This document shows, one piece after another, positions 1 through 9,104 of a DNA stretch of 64,000 nt; the first letter of the stretch is position 1; each line of letters begins with the position of its first letter. Origin of the DNA: Candidatus Micrarchaeota archaeon (GTDB taxonomy: Archaea > Micrarchaeota > Micrarchaeia > Micrarchaeales > CABMGC01); contig CAZCSE010000001.1 of NCBI GenBank assembly GCA_964501245.1, positions 27,020 through 91,019 on the forward strand, in the 5' to 3' direction. The notes below the pieces were generated by a model. The model worked only from the letters and a program-made list of their open reading frames with translations. It made no database searches and was not told the DNA's origin. Made by a program: the position numbers and the translations under genes.

Positions 1-5
1 TTGGT

Positions 6-1016
6 ATGAATAAAGAGGAAATTAAGATAATGAGTTATCTTTCTGATAATCTGGGCCATGGCGGCAGTATACTCGAGATGTCAAAAGGCATAGACAGCAG
101 ATATGGACCTGCATATTATCCAAACATATACAATACGGCAAAGAGGCTTGAAAAGATAGGGATAATAGGCATAGAAGCTGAAGGAAATAGCAAACTGATA
201 AACCTTAATATGGAGAATCCTATTTCCACTTATTATATATCCGAGATGGAAAATTACAAAAATCAAGGATTAAAGCTCTCCAAAGAACTGCTTGGCGACA
301 TATTGAGTTTAGCCTTGGAATTTGATATATTCTCCATATGCTCCTTAGAAACGGATAAGTTCCAGAGGATTAACAGGCTGGAGCTGCTAATTCTTGCAAG
401 GAACCATGGCAGTAATAGAAACTTAATAAAGTCGTTACGAAGGATGGAATCTAATTATGGAACTAAGATAGATCCAATCATACTTACCATAGATGAGTTC
501 GCAAAGATAATGAAATCCGGAGAATCTGACCTGATAAAAGACTTGATATTAGATAGGAATATTTTGTACAACATTGAGGGCTTCTGGGAGATGATAAAGC
601 AACGGAAGATAGACGCAAGGTATAAGAGGCTTGATAAGCTACCCCAGGATATTACGCGAGATGAACTTGCATATAATTACAGCAGACTGGGGTATCAATT
701 GAATGAGAACATCAAACATGGCAACAGAATAGCTATAGAAACGATAATATTCGCTATGAGTACCAATAATGAGATTAGGATAAGATATGGCGCCATTATT
801 CTTTTATATAAGAATATTGAAAGGATAAACTGGGCTTATCTGTATTACATCTACAAAAGATATGACTCTCTAGGCAAATTGAAGGGAACCCTGTTATCAT
901 TAGCACGTCTGACTGATATTAAGCATGATAACGAGATAAGGGATTATATCGACATTATACAGGATAAACCAGAGGCTTATGACAGCAAACTGATTAAAAG
1001 ATATGCAGAGTTATGA
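6..1016 (+). CDS. winged-helix domain protein, putative regulator/antitoxin partner of the downstream nucleotidyltransferase
   Basis: 336-aa ORF with ATG start. The N-terminal ~70 aa (SILEMSKGI...YNTAKRLEKIGIIGIE) look like a wHTH. The stop lies 4 nt before the next ORF, so the two are operonic. No specific family recognised. Confidence 0.5.
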   Translation: MNKEEIKIMSYLSDNLGHGGSILEMSKGIDSRYGPAYYPNIYNTAKRLEKIGIIGIEAEGNSKLINLNMENPISTYYISEMENYKNQGLKLSKELLGDILSLALEFDIFSICSLETDKFQRINRLELLILARNHGSNRNLIKSLRRMESNYGTKIDPIILTIDEFAKIMKSGESDLIKDLILDRNILYNIEGFWEMIKQRKIDARYKRLDKLPQDITRDELAYNYSRLGYQLNENIKHGNRIAIETIIFAMSTNNEIRIRYGAIILLYKNIERINWAYLYYIYKRYDSLGKLKGTLLSLARLTDIKHDNEIRDYIDIIQDKPEAYDSKLIKRYAEL

Positions 1017-1020
1017 TTAG

Positions 1021-1536
1021 ATGGCAAGAGTATCTAAAAAAGAACTTTTAGGTTTCCTTGATCTTTTTGATCAGGAATTGGATAGAGATATCGTCATTAT
1101 AGCTGTTGGTGGCACAGCGATGACTTTGCTGGGCTTGAAGGCATCTACTAAGGATATTGACTTTAATATACCTTCAGATGGGGATTTCAAGGAATTTAAT
1201 CGCGTAAATGACAGGATAAAGCCAGGAGTAAAGATTGACTCTTGGTCTTCCAACATGATATTCAGCGAGATTCTGCCTGAAGACTATGTAAATTCCGCAA
1301 TTGAATACAAGACCAGCTTTAAGAGAATCAAGGTTATGATACTGAATCCGATAGATATCGTATGCTCAAAGATTTCAAGATTTAGTGAAGCAGATATGGA
1401 AGACATAAAAGACTGCATAAGATATGCCCATATAACAAAAGGGCGTTTGGCTGAAAGGGCAAGCCAGTATTCCCGTGCAGGAAGCGATAGGACATTTGAA
1501 CAGAACCTTGCGTACATAATGGAAAACATGTTCTGA
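1021..1536 (+). CDS. minimal nucleotidyltransferase-fold protein (pol-beta superfamily), putative toxin-like partner
   Basis: 171 aa. Carries the hGG-x(13)-DhD pattern (IIAVGGTAMTLLGLKASTKDIDFNI) typical of minimal NTases. Tightly coupled to the upstream wHTH gene. Confidence 0.55.
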   Translation: MARVSKKELLGFLDLFDQELDRDIVIIAVGGTAMTLLGLKASTKDIDFNIPSDGDFKEFNRVNDRIKPGVKIDSWSSNMIFSEILPEDYVNSAIEYKTSFKRIKVMILNPIDIVCSKISRFSEADMEDIKDCIRYAHITKGRLAERASQYSRAGSDRTFEQNLAYIMENMF

Positions 1537-1557
1537 TGTCTTATGCATTCGCATATG

Positions 1558-2001
1558 TTATATTACTCTCATAGTACTGCACTTATCCTGCATCTCGTAC
1601 ATGAGAGTTCGCGCCTGCTTCCTGAATGCGTTCTTGAATGCTTCTGCCATCTCCTCCCGTTTCGTAATTGCGACTCTTTCGTCCCTGATAAATGCAACTG
1701 GAGCGATATAACTTGAAAAGGAGCCCTCTCTGAAGTTCGCAACGGTGAATCTACCATCTATTATCCTTGCACAGACGGTTTCTCCGTTATCTCCCTTCGC
1801 CCAGGCCGCACCTATCTCAGAGAGTTCATAATTGAAACTGGAGCTGTTGTTGAAGCTCTTTTCCAGCTCCTTCACAGTGGCAATCCTGTATCCGTGAGGG
1901 ATTGACATCCTGTTAACCGTAGACAATGAAACATCCCTGAATGAGAGATGCGGCTCTTCGCAAGCCTCTCTGCCATCGTTTGCCTTTTTTACAGCTTCCA
2001 T
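1558..2001 (-). CDS. hypothetical protein, tandem paralog A (PxGYR[IL]AT ... CAR ... RDER motif family)
   Basis: 147 aa. Aligns by eye with the neighbouring 137-aa ORF (PHGYRIATVKELE / PKGYRLATFSEAK; VCARII / VCARAY; FIRDERVAI / YVRDERISI). The overlapping same-strand 62-aa ORF is judged spurious. Confidence 0.5.
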   Translation of the reverse strand: MEAVKKANDGREACEEPHLSFRDVSLSTVNRMSIPHGYRIATVKELEKSFNNSSSFNYELSEIGAAWAKGDNGETVCARIIDGRFTVANFREGSFSSYIAPVAFIRDERVAITKREEMAEAFKNAFRKQARTLMYEMQDKCSTMRVI

Positions 2002-2020
2002 AATACCACAATAATTTTGT

Positions 2021-2434
2021 TCAGTATAGTATAGAGTGCACCTCTCTCCTTAGTGCATTCTTGAGTGAGACGATCTGCTCTGCCTGCCTGCTTATGCTGA
2101 TCCTTTCATCCCTAACATATGCAACATAAGCAGTATTAGTTACAGGCCTGTAGTCCTTTCCTGCAGGATTGTCTGCCCTGAACAGGCCGCAGTATGCCCT
2201 TGCACATACAGGGGAGTGGTTTTCGCCCATGACCCATATGCCTCCTGCCAGTTCGGCTTCTGCCTTGAACTGCCTGTCCGTGTTGTAGCACAGCTTCGCC
2301 TCGGAGAAAGTGGCCAGCCTGTATCCTTTTGGCACGGCACCACTTATCTCATTAACGCCTATCTCGTTTGATGAAATGTATGGTGACTGTTCCGCAAGCA
2401 TCTTCGCTCTTTGTTTACTTGAGAATTTCTGCAT
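2021..2434 (-). CDS. hypothetical protein, tandem paralog B
   Basis: 137 aa. Shares collinear motifs with 1558..2001. The G[YW]R[LI]xT..E motif weakly recalls DUF1566/Fib_succ-type domains; this is unverified. Confidence 0.5.
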   Translation of the reverse strand: MQKFSSKQRAKMLAEQSPYISSNEIGVNEISGAVPKGYRLATFSEAKLCYNTDRQFKAEAELAGGIWVMGENHSPVCARAYCGLFRADNPAGKDYRPVTNTAYVAYVRDERISISRQAEQIVSLKNALRREVHSILY

Positions 2435-2532
2435 ATTAACACAATGACAAAGATATTCTTGTCATTTATATTTCTTGCTGCACGCATTACACTTTGCCGT
2501 TATCCTGAATTGATCTTCCTTGTATCAGGAGA

Positions 2533-3513
2533 TTATGCCTTTAGCTTCTCCTTCCAGAATGCTATCGTCTTTTCAAGACCCTGTTCCAGAGTGTACTTCG
2601 GCTCCCAGCCAAGGAGCTCCTTCGCCTTTGTATTGTCCCCTATCAGCACTTTCGCATCTAAAGGCCTCTTCTGGGTAGCATTCCATTCAATATCTCCAGT
2701 ATATCCGGTCATCTCTGCGATTATCTCTGCTGTCTCCTTTGTCGTGTAGCCCTTGCCGGTGCTCAGCTGTATTGTCTGGCCTACGGCTCTCTTGTCTCCA
2801 AGAGCTCTGATGTACCCTTCAACGTGGTCATCTACATAGAGCCAGTCCCTTATCGCCTCGGAATCGCCAAGCTTCACTGCCTTGCCTTCCAGCATCTGCG
2901 TAATAGTGCGCTCTATGAAGAAGTGGTTATTGTCCGTTCTCCCATACGTATTGAAAGGCCGTATCACAGTATATGGAAAATTATATGCAAGCCCCATATA
3001 CTGCAGATACATGTCAGTTGCAATCTTTGCCACAGCATATGGACTGTTTGGTTTTAGCTCCGAGTTTTCTGTCAGCTTTTTGTTTTTATCAAGAATTGCA
3101 AGTCCGTATTCTTCAGAGGTTCCTGCGAATATGAACTGCTTGAAATTTTCAAGCTTCCTCGCCGCTTCAGCAAGGTTTATAGAGGATAGGTAATTTACCT
3201 CTGTAACTTCCAAATAGTTATCATAGGAATATGCAACTGGACTTATCGCTGCAAGATGGATTATATAATCAGGAGATATGTCGTGTATGAGATTCCTTAC
3301 AGCATGATGATCTTTCAGGTCAACGTAATGCTTTGACACTCCTTTTCCTTCTCCTTTCATGTCTTTGTAGTGGTTATACCTGCCGGTAACGTATCTTTCA
3401 ATATCGTGGATCTCATGTATTTCAGAATTTCTCTCAACAAGTTTCTTCTCCAGTTTCTGCCCTATGAAGCCGCTGGCCCCAGTAAGTAATATTTTTTCCA
3501 TTTTTATAACCAT
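2533..3513 (-). CDS. NAD-dependent nucleotide-sugar epimerase/dehydratase (extended SDR)
   Basis: 326 aa. N-terminal Rossmann motif ILLTGASGFIGQKL and catalytic YxxxK (SPYAVAKIA). The opposite-strand ORFs 2444..2749, 2824..3057 and 2882..3193 are judged spurious. Confidence 0.85.
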   Translation of the reverse strand: MVIKMEKILLTGASGFIGQKLEKKLVERNSEIHEIHDIERYVTGRYNHYKDMKGEGKGVSKHYVDLKDHHAVRNLIHDISPDYIIHLAAISPVAYSYDNYLEVTEVNYLSSINLAEAARKLENFKQFIFAGTSEEYGLAILDKNKKLTENSELKPNSPYAVAKIATDMYLQYMGLAYNFPYTVIRPFNTYGRTDNNHFFIERTITQMLEGKAVKLGDSEAIRDWLYVDDHVEGYIRALGDKRAVGQTIQLSTGKGYTTKETAEIIAEMTGYTGDIEWNATQKRPLDAKVLIGDNTKAKELLGWEPKYTLEQGLEKTIAFWKEKLKA

Positions 3514-3608
3514 CTGAAAAGTTGTGTTGCAGGTTATTTGTACTGTTTAGAATATAAAATTATACCCTATTATATTTTATAATAACTGATGTTTTTACAG
3601 GTAATATA

Positions 3609-4514
3609 TTGCCAATGGTATTCAAAGACTCGGATAAGCCAGTAATCTTGGTTACAGGAGCAGGAGGTTTCGTAGGAAAGAACCTGGTCAGATACCTGTC
3701 TGAGAAGTTTAATGTTGTTGGAATGCAGCATGCAGATCTTGATATATGCAATGCTGAAAGCGTGCTTTCTGAAGTAAGGGCATTGAAGCCAGATGTAGTT
3801 ATCAATTGTTCGGTGTATGGGGGTTACCATTACCAAAAAGATAGCAAGAAGATATATGATGTCAACTGGTTAGGTGCGAAGAATCTGCTCGATTCGTGCA
3901 TGGAGTGTGGTGTGCCTCTGTTTATTCAGACAGGGTCTAGTTCCGAATACGGATTCAAGAATGAGCCTATGAGAGAGGATATGGAAGCGAATCCCAACTC
4001 GGACTATGCCAGTGCAAAAGTAATGGCGACGAGGTACTGCTATGAAAAACGTGGAGGGTCTACAAAGACAGCTGTTCTTAGGCTGTTCTCCGTGTATGGA
4101 TACTTTGAGGCGGCGCACAGGCTTATGCCCCAGATTATAATGCATTCTATTGAAAAGACTGAAGTGAAGCTTGGAAACCCTGATAATGTAAGGGATTTTA
4201 TATTTGTGGATGACGTTTGTGCGGCTTTTGAAGCTGCTGTGATGAAAAGGGATAGTTTTGAGAGCGGCGCAGTGTTTAATGTCGGTTCTGGAAAGGAATA
4301 TAAGCTTAAAGATGTGATAGAGATTTACAAGAGATTGGATCCGGAGCTTAAGGTCAGCTGGAACAATGATATGGGCCGTGATGAAAGGGATAGAGCAGTA
4401 TGCTGGCAGGCAGATATCTCTAAGATAAAGAGGGTTCTTGAATGGAATCCGAAGCATAGTCTTGAGGAAGGATTAAGATTAACAACAGAATGGTTCAGAA
4501 AACAGGTACGTTGA
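3609..4514 (+). CDS. NAD-dependent nucleotide-sugar epimerase/reductase (extended SDR)
   Basis: 301 aa. VILVTGAGGFVGKNL Rossmann motif and YASAK catalytic motif. TTG start at 3609, with an alternative ATG at 3615. Confidence 0.8.
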   Translation: MPMVFKDSDKPVILVTGAGGFVGKNLVRYLSEKFNVVGMQHADLDICNAESVLSEVRALKPDVVINCSVYGGYHYQKDSKKIYDVNWLGAKNLLDSCMECGVPLFIQTGSSSEYGFKNEPMREDMEANPNSDYASAKVMATRYCYEKRGGSTKTAVLRLFSVYGYFEAAHRLMPQIIMHSIEKTEVKLGNPDNVRDFIFVDDVCAAFEAAVMKRDSFESGAVFNVGSGKEYKLKDVIEIYKRLDPELKVSWNNDMGRDERDRAVCWQADISKIKRVLEWNPKHSLEEGLRLTTEWFRKQVR

Positions 4515-5243
4515 ATGGATGACTTGAAGGAAATAGCAAGACAGCTCCGTGAAGAGTTGATTACTTTGCACAAGAAGTATCAGCTTCCGCACATAGGATC
4601 TGAAATGAGCTGTCTTGAGATAATGGTTGACCTCTATTTCGGAGCCATGAATAAGGAGGATACCTTCATACTCTCCAAGGGGCACGCTGCTTACGCGCTC
4701 TATGCTGTCCTTCATAAGAAGGGATTGATAAGCGATGACGTTTATGCTACTGCAGGAGAGAACGGCTCGGTACTTGCAGAGCATACTACTTATCCTGAAT
4801 ACCTTGTAAAACTCGGCAGCCTTGGACATGGCCTGATCATAGGAACAGGGACAGCGCTTGCGAGAAAGATTGATAAGAGGCCAGGAGTAACGTATGTTTT
4901 GTGCAGCGATGGGGAGATGCAGGAAGGCAGCACTTTGGAAGCGATGTGGCAGGCACCCAGATTCAAGCTTGGCAACCTCGTATGTATAATAGATTACAAT
5001 AAATGGCAGGCATATGACAGGACTATTGTATCAGATAAGGTATTTGCCGGGATGTTCTCTGCAGCAGGATGGGATGTCAGGAATGTTGAAGGCCATGTTG
5101 GTTTTGCAGGATCTCTCGGCAAGATCCTGAAGGAAAGAGGAAATTCTGAAAAGCCATTGCTTTTAATAGCGGATACCGTCCTTGGGAAAGGGATAGAAGG
5201 ATATGAGGATAAATTAGAGAGCCATTACAGGCCTCCGAAGTGA
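4515..5243 (+). CDS. transketolase, N-terminal (ThDP pyrophosphate-binding) subunit
   Basis: 242 aa. Motifs HIGSEMSCLEIM, SKGHAAYALYAVL, GSLGHGL, CSDGEMQEGSTLEA. The start abuts the previous stop. Confidence 0.85.
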   Translation: MDDLKEIARQLREELITLHKKYQLPHIGSEMSCLEIMVDLYFGAMNKEDTFILSKGHAAYALYAVLHKKGLISDDVYATAGENGSVLAEHTTYPEYLVKLGSLGHGLIIGTGTALARKIDKRPGVTYVLCSDGEMQEGSTLEAMWQAPRFKLGNLVCIIDYNKWQAYDRTIVSDKVFAGMFSAAGWDVRNVEGHVGFAGSLGKILKERGNSEKPLLLIADTVLGKGIEGYEDKLESHYRPPK

Positions 5244-5247
5244 TAAT

Positions 5248-6165
5248 ATGAGGAATGCATTTTCAAAATTCTTGTCTGATGCCTTAAAGGGCAAGCGAGA
5301 GGTATACCTGATAAGCGGGGATCTCGGATTTGCAGCTTTTGACACTTTGAGGGAGGAATTTCCTGACAATTTCATAAACAGCGGGGTTGCAGAACAGTCG
5401 ATGATAGGGATAGGGACAGGCATGGCACTTGAAGGCAAGGAGGTATACTGCTACAGCATACTTCCTTTTGCAGCTTACAGGCCGTTTGAACAGATAAGGA
5501 TAGCGTGCTACAACAAAGCGCCTATAAGGGTTGTAGGCATGGGAGTCGGGATCGATTATGATCTTGCAGGCAATACGCACTTTGGCCTTGAAGACATACA
5601 GGTAATGACTTCCTTGCCGAACATAACTGTATTGAGCCCTTGCGATGAGAAGGAGGTTAGCATTCTTCTGAATCAGATTTCAGGAATAAGGAATCCTGTT
5701 TATCTAAGGCTTAGTAAAAACAGCGATAACGCAGTACATGGCATGCATGACAAGATAAGGCTTGGGGAGCCGTTGAAGGTTCGCGGGCCAGCAGAGAGTG
5801 ATTCCGATATTGCAATAATATCTACTGGAGCCATGACTAAGACAGCGATCATGGTAGCTGAAAGGCTTGCAAAAGCCGGAAAGGAGTGCGATGTGTGGCA
5901 TATCCATACGTTAAAGCCATGTAATTACAAAAACATGATAAACTCATTGAAAGGAACAAGGACGATCGCAACCATAGAAGAGAACACAGGAGGATTTACA
6001 CAGCTCGTATCCTCATGGCTGTCACAGGCTGATATACATGCAAAGGTTATCCCTTTCACGCTGCCTGATGATTTTGGGCATACGGTAGGGAAGAAGGAAT
6101 GGATGCTTGAGCAGATTGGACTTTCTCCTGATAAGATTTATGAGAGGCTGCTTGTACAGCTCTGA
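5248..6165 (+). CDS. transketolase, C-terminal (pyrimidine-binding) subunit
   Basis: 305 aa. The GVAEQSMIGIGTGMALEG motif and C-terminal transketolase-like region complete the split enzyme with 4515..5243. Confidence 0.85.
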   Translation: MRNAFSKFLSDALKGKREVYLISGDLGFAAFDTLREEFPDNFINSGVAEQSMIGIGTGMALEGKEVYCYSILPFAAYRPFEQIRIACYNKAPIRVVGMGVGIDYDLAGNTHFGLEDIQVMTSLPNITVLSPCDEKEVSILLNQISGIRNPVYLRLSKNSDNAVHGMHDKIRLGEPLKVRGPAESDSDIAIISTGAMTKTAIMVAERLAKAGKECDVWHIHTLKPCNYKNMINSLKGTRTIATIEENTGGFTQLVSSWLSQADIHAKVIPFTLPDDFGHTVGKKEWMLEQIGLSPDKIYERLLVQL

Positions 6166-6183
6166 TCTGCATTATGTGATATT

Positions 6184-7281
6184 ATGGATTTTAAGAACTT
6201 TTATAAGGGAAAGAAGGTCGTAGTCACTGGCAATACCGGATTCAAAGGCGCATGGCTCTCCCTGTTCCTTGATAGGTTAGGAGCAGACGTTACAGGAATA
6301 TCGCTGAATCCTCCTAGCGATCCTTATCTATACAGTATACTAAAGTATGAGAATGTCAAAACGCATAAGTGCGATATACGGAACCATGATGCACTTGCAG
6401 AGTTGATAAAGAAGGAGAAGCCGGATATTGTCTTCCATCTTGCAGCGATGCCGATTCTTCTCCAGAGCTATGACAGTCCTCTGGAGACTTATATGACAAA
6501 TGTTATAGGAACCCTGAATGTGCTTGATGCTTCATTCAAAGCAGGTTCTGTAAAAGCCGTTGTCAATGTGACTACAGATAAGGTATATGAAAATTATAAT
6601 GAAGTGCTTGCGTACAAGGAGAACGATAGGTTAGGCGGACATGACCCTTACAGTTCCAGCAAAGCCTGCTCCGAGATATTGACAAGCGCATATAGGGACA
6701 GCTACTATTCACAGGCAGGGATAGGGATAAGTACTGCGAGAAGCGGCAATTGCATAGGAGGCGGAGACTGGGGGATGAACAGGCTTGTTCCCAATATAGT
6801 CAAGGTAATAAACAAGAGCAACGAAACCAACTACTTCCTCAAAGGTGGCAAAGTTAAGATAAGGGCAAGCTCGATAAGACCCTGGCAGCATGTTTTTGAT
6901 GTGATTACAGGCTATCTCATGCTAGGGAAAGCAACCTTCCAGAGACCTGAGGAGTTCTCAGGGGCGTGGAATTTTGGGCCTGACTATAATTCTGTAAGGA
7001 CAGTAAAGGAGTTTGCATATGCCTTGGCAAAAGCTTATGGAATTGACGGAGATAAATACTTTGATATCCTTGATGAAAAACATGAGGATAAATGGCATGA
7101 GGATAAGATACTGATACTTGATAGCATAAAGGCAAGGGCCAAACTTGGATGGGAGTCTTCCTTCTCCTTTGAGGCTATGATTAAGGAGACTGGAGAGTGG
7201 TACCGCAGGTACTATGAAAGGAAGACAGACATGCACGAATTCTCTCTCGGGCAGTTGAACAGTTACATGGTGAAACATTGA
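6184..7281 (+). CDS. rfbG: CDP-glucose 4,6-dehydratase-like enzyme
   Basis: 365 aa. FYKGKKVVVTGNTGFKGAWLSLFL N-terminus, YSSSKACSE catalytic YxxxK, and length and pattern typical of RfbG/DdhB. Confidence 0.75.
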   Translation: MDFKNFYKGKKVVVTGNTGFKGAWLSLFLDRLGADVTGISLNPPSDPYLYSILKYENVKTHKCDIRNHDALAELIKKEKPDIVFHLAAMPILLQSYDSPLETYMTNVIGTLNVLDASFKAGSVKAVVNVTTDKVYENYNEVLAYKENDRLGGHDPYSSSKACSEILTSAYRDSYYSQAGIGISTARSGNCIGGGDWGMNRLVPNIVKVINKSNETNYFLKGGKVKIRASSIRPWQHVFDVITGYLMLGKATFQRPEEFSGAWNFGPDYNSVRTVKEFAYALAKAYGIDGDKYFDILDEKHEDKWHEDKILILDSIKARAKLGWESSFSFEAMIKETGEWYRRYYERKTDMHEFSLGQLNSYMVKH

Positions 7282-8246
7282 GTTCATTGCTTGGTGTTTA
7301 CATACCTACGATGAATAGGCCTGCTGAATTGAAGGAATGCCTTGAAGCATTCATCAAGCAGGGCAGGAAGCATCGTTTGGATATCTATGTGTCTGACAAC
7401 TCGCAGGGCAGTCAGACAAAGGAATTGGTCCGCAATCTCTCCAAAAAATACAGATGGCTCCATTACGCAAGAAGGGATCCTAAAGGATACGCAGACAACG
7501 TAAAAAGCGTACTGGCCATGGGCGATACGGAATACGTGTGGCTCTTCGGGGATGACGATACAATAAAATCTGGCGCTATCGACCTGATATTAAGCAAGTT
7601 AGATGCTGGGATAGATTACCTGCAGGTAAATTCCGAGGTTTATTCCCATGACCTCAATCGGAAGATAAAACCAAGGATAATCAAAAAATCCGGAGTTGAA
7701 TCTTACAATAATGATGAATACGAAACTGCTCTGCTTAACAATGGAAACACAGGCTATCAGGGTTTCATGGCACATATGATTGTGAGGAAATCTTTGCTGG
7801 ACAGGGAGCTTAGGAAACTGGATATCTCAGCAGATAATATGGATTTCGTACACACCATTATTTTTTACAGAGCTATAAAAAACAGGAAAGGGATGCTTCT
7901 TGCAGACCCTTTGATAAATAACCGGGGTGGCAATTGGAGCTACTCCAAGAGGATAATGGAGATATTCTTCAGGAGTTGGTATAAAACACATCATATGTTA
8001 AGCAGATATTACAGAAAAGAGACGTTGGATAATGTCATGTCGCAGCCGCTTATCGGGCTCATAATACCTGTTGCGATAAACAGGATAGTAAACAGGACAT
8101 CAATCTCTGAAGATTATAATAAATATATAAAAACCAACTCTGATATACCACAAAGGTATAGATACGCATTACTTTTGATAATGCATATGCCGCGTTTTGC
8201 AATAAGGGCAGTGTTTGATACTTACAAGACAATTAAAGGTTATTAA
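7278..8246 (+). CDS. glycosyltransferase family 2-like protein
   Basis: 322 aa. VYIPTMNRPAELKECLEAF ... YVSDNS ... LFGDDD motifs. The TTG start overlaps the rfbG stop by 4 nt; an alternative ATG is at 7311. Confidence 0.65.
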   Translation: MSSLLGVYIPTMNRPAELKECLEAFIKQGRKHRLDIYVSDNSQGSQTKELVRNLSKKYRWLHYARRDPKGYADNVKSVLAMGDTEYVWLFGDDDTIKSGAIDLILSKLDAGIDYLQVNSEVYSHDLNRKIKPRIIKKSGVESYNNDEYETALLNNGNTGYQGFMAHMIVRKSLLDRELRKLDISADNMDFVHTIIFYRAIKNRKGMLLADPLINNRGGNWSYSKRIMEIFFRSWYKTHHMLSRYYRKETLDNVMSQPLIGLIIPVAINRIVNRTSISEDYNKYIKTNSDIPQRYRYALLLIMHMPRFAIRAVFDTYKTIKGY

Positions 8247-9104
8247 ATGCAGATTTTAAGATCTATAAATAAAGGCTTTGGACTTCTAAAACACGCTAGT
8301 TTTACTGGAACTATAAAAACGGCTATAGCATATTCTAAGGTAAGGTATTATAATAAATTTGTGTCGACCGCTAGGATTAGTCCCCCTTATCCCCCAGATA
8401 CTCCTGAAATGGATAGTAAGGTAAAAACGGTGAGATTTATGATAAACTATCATAATAAGAATATCAGCATCACAGGTTGGAGATTTTGGGAGACTTTTCT
8501 TGCAATAAAAGAGGTATTTGTAGAGAGGGAGTATGACTGGCTTGATGTGACTGGAAGGAAGATACTCGATTTAGGCGCTTTTACAGGAGATTCTGCAGTA
8601 AGTTTTGCTGTTAGAGGCGCAAAGGAGGTTTATGCATGTGAAGCTAATCCAAACATGATTAACATTATAAATTACAATATTATGGATAATAAATTGCAGA
8701 ATAAAGTAAAGGTATTGCATTGCTTTGTAGGAGATAAAGATTCTGATGATTCGGATTTTTATTTTGATGAACAGAATATGGTAAATCGCTCGGCAAAACT
8801 TAAGTTACATGCAATAAATAGCAAAGTGCCTACAGTGAGTCTCGCCACGCTCATTAAAAGGTACGGAGTAGTTGATGGATGCTTGAAAATGGATATTGAA
8901 GGTGCAGAATACGAAGTCATAGAGTCAACTTCATTATCCACGCTGAGAAAATTCAGGCAGATGCAAATAGATTTCCATAAGATTGATAATAGGAATTATA
9001 AATCAATCAAGAATAAACTTGAGGAAGCAGGATTTGATTGCCAAGTACACTTTGTAGGTACACAGGGAGGAGGATATATAAGTGCGTTGAGCATGAACTC
9101 GTGA
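8247..9104 (+). CDS. FkbM-family SAM-dependent methyltransferase
   Basis: 285 aa. ILDLGAFTGDSAVSFAVRGAKEVYACEANP and LKMDIEGAEYEVI motifs. Confidence 0.75.
   Translation: MQILRSINKGFGLLKHASFTGTIKTAIAYSKVRYYNKFVSTARISPPYPPDTPEMDSKVKTVRFMINYHNKNISITGWRFWETFLAIKEVFVEREYDWLDVTGRKILDLGAFTGDSAVSFAVRGAKEVYACEANPNMINIINYNIMDNKLQNKVKVLHCFVGDKDSDDSDFYFDEQNMVNRSAKLKLHAINSKVPTVSLATLIKRYGVVDGCLKMDIEGAEYEVIESTSLSTLRKFRQMQIDFHKIDNRNYKSIKNKLEEAGFDCQVHFVGTQGGGYISALSMNS

Noticed and set aside
3870-4457. 195-aa minus-strand ORF, and similar long shadows at 19036..19434, 19684..20133, 22505..23107, 23041..23766 and 23273..23653
   Set aside because: Each lies opposite a gene with strong family motifs (SDR, CysN-like, DHQS-like, EF-Tu domain II). 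None has recognisable motifs.
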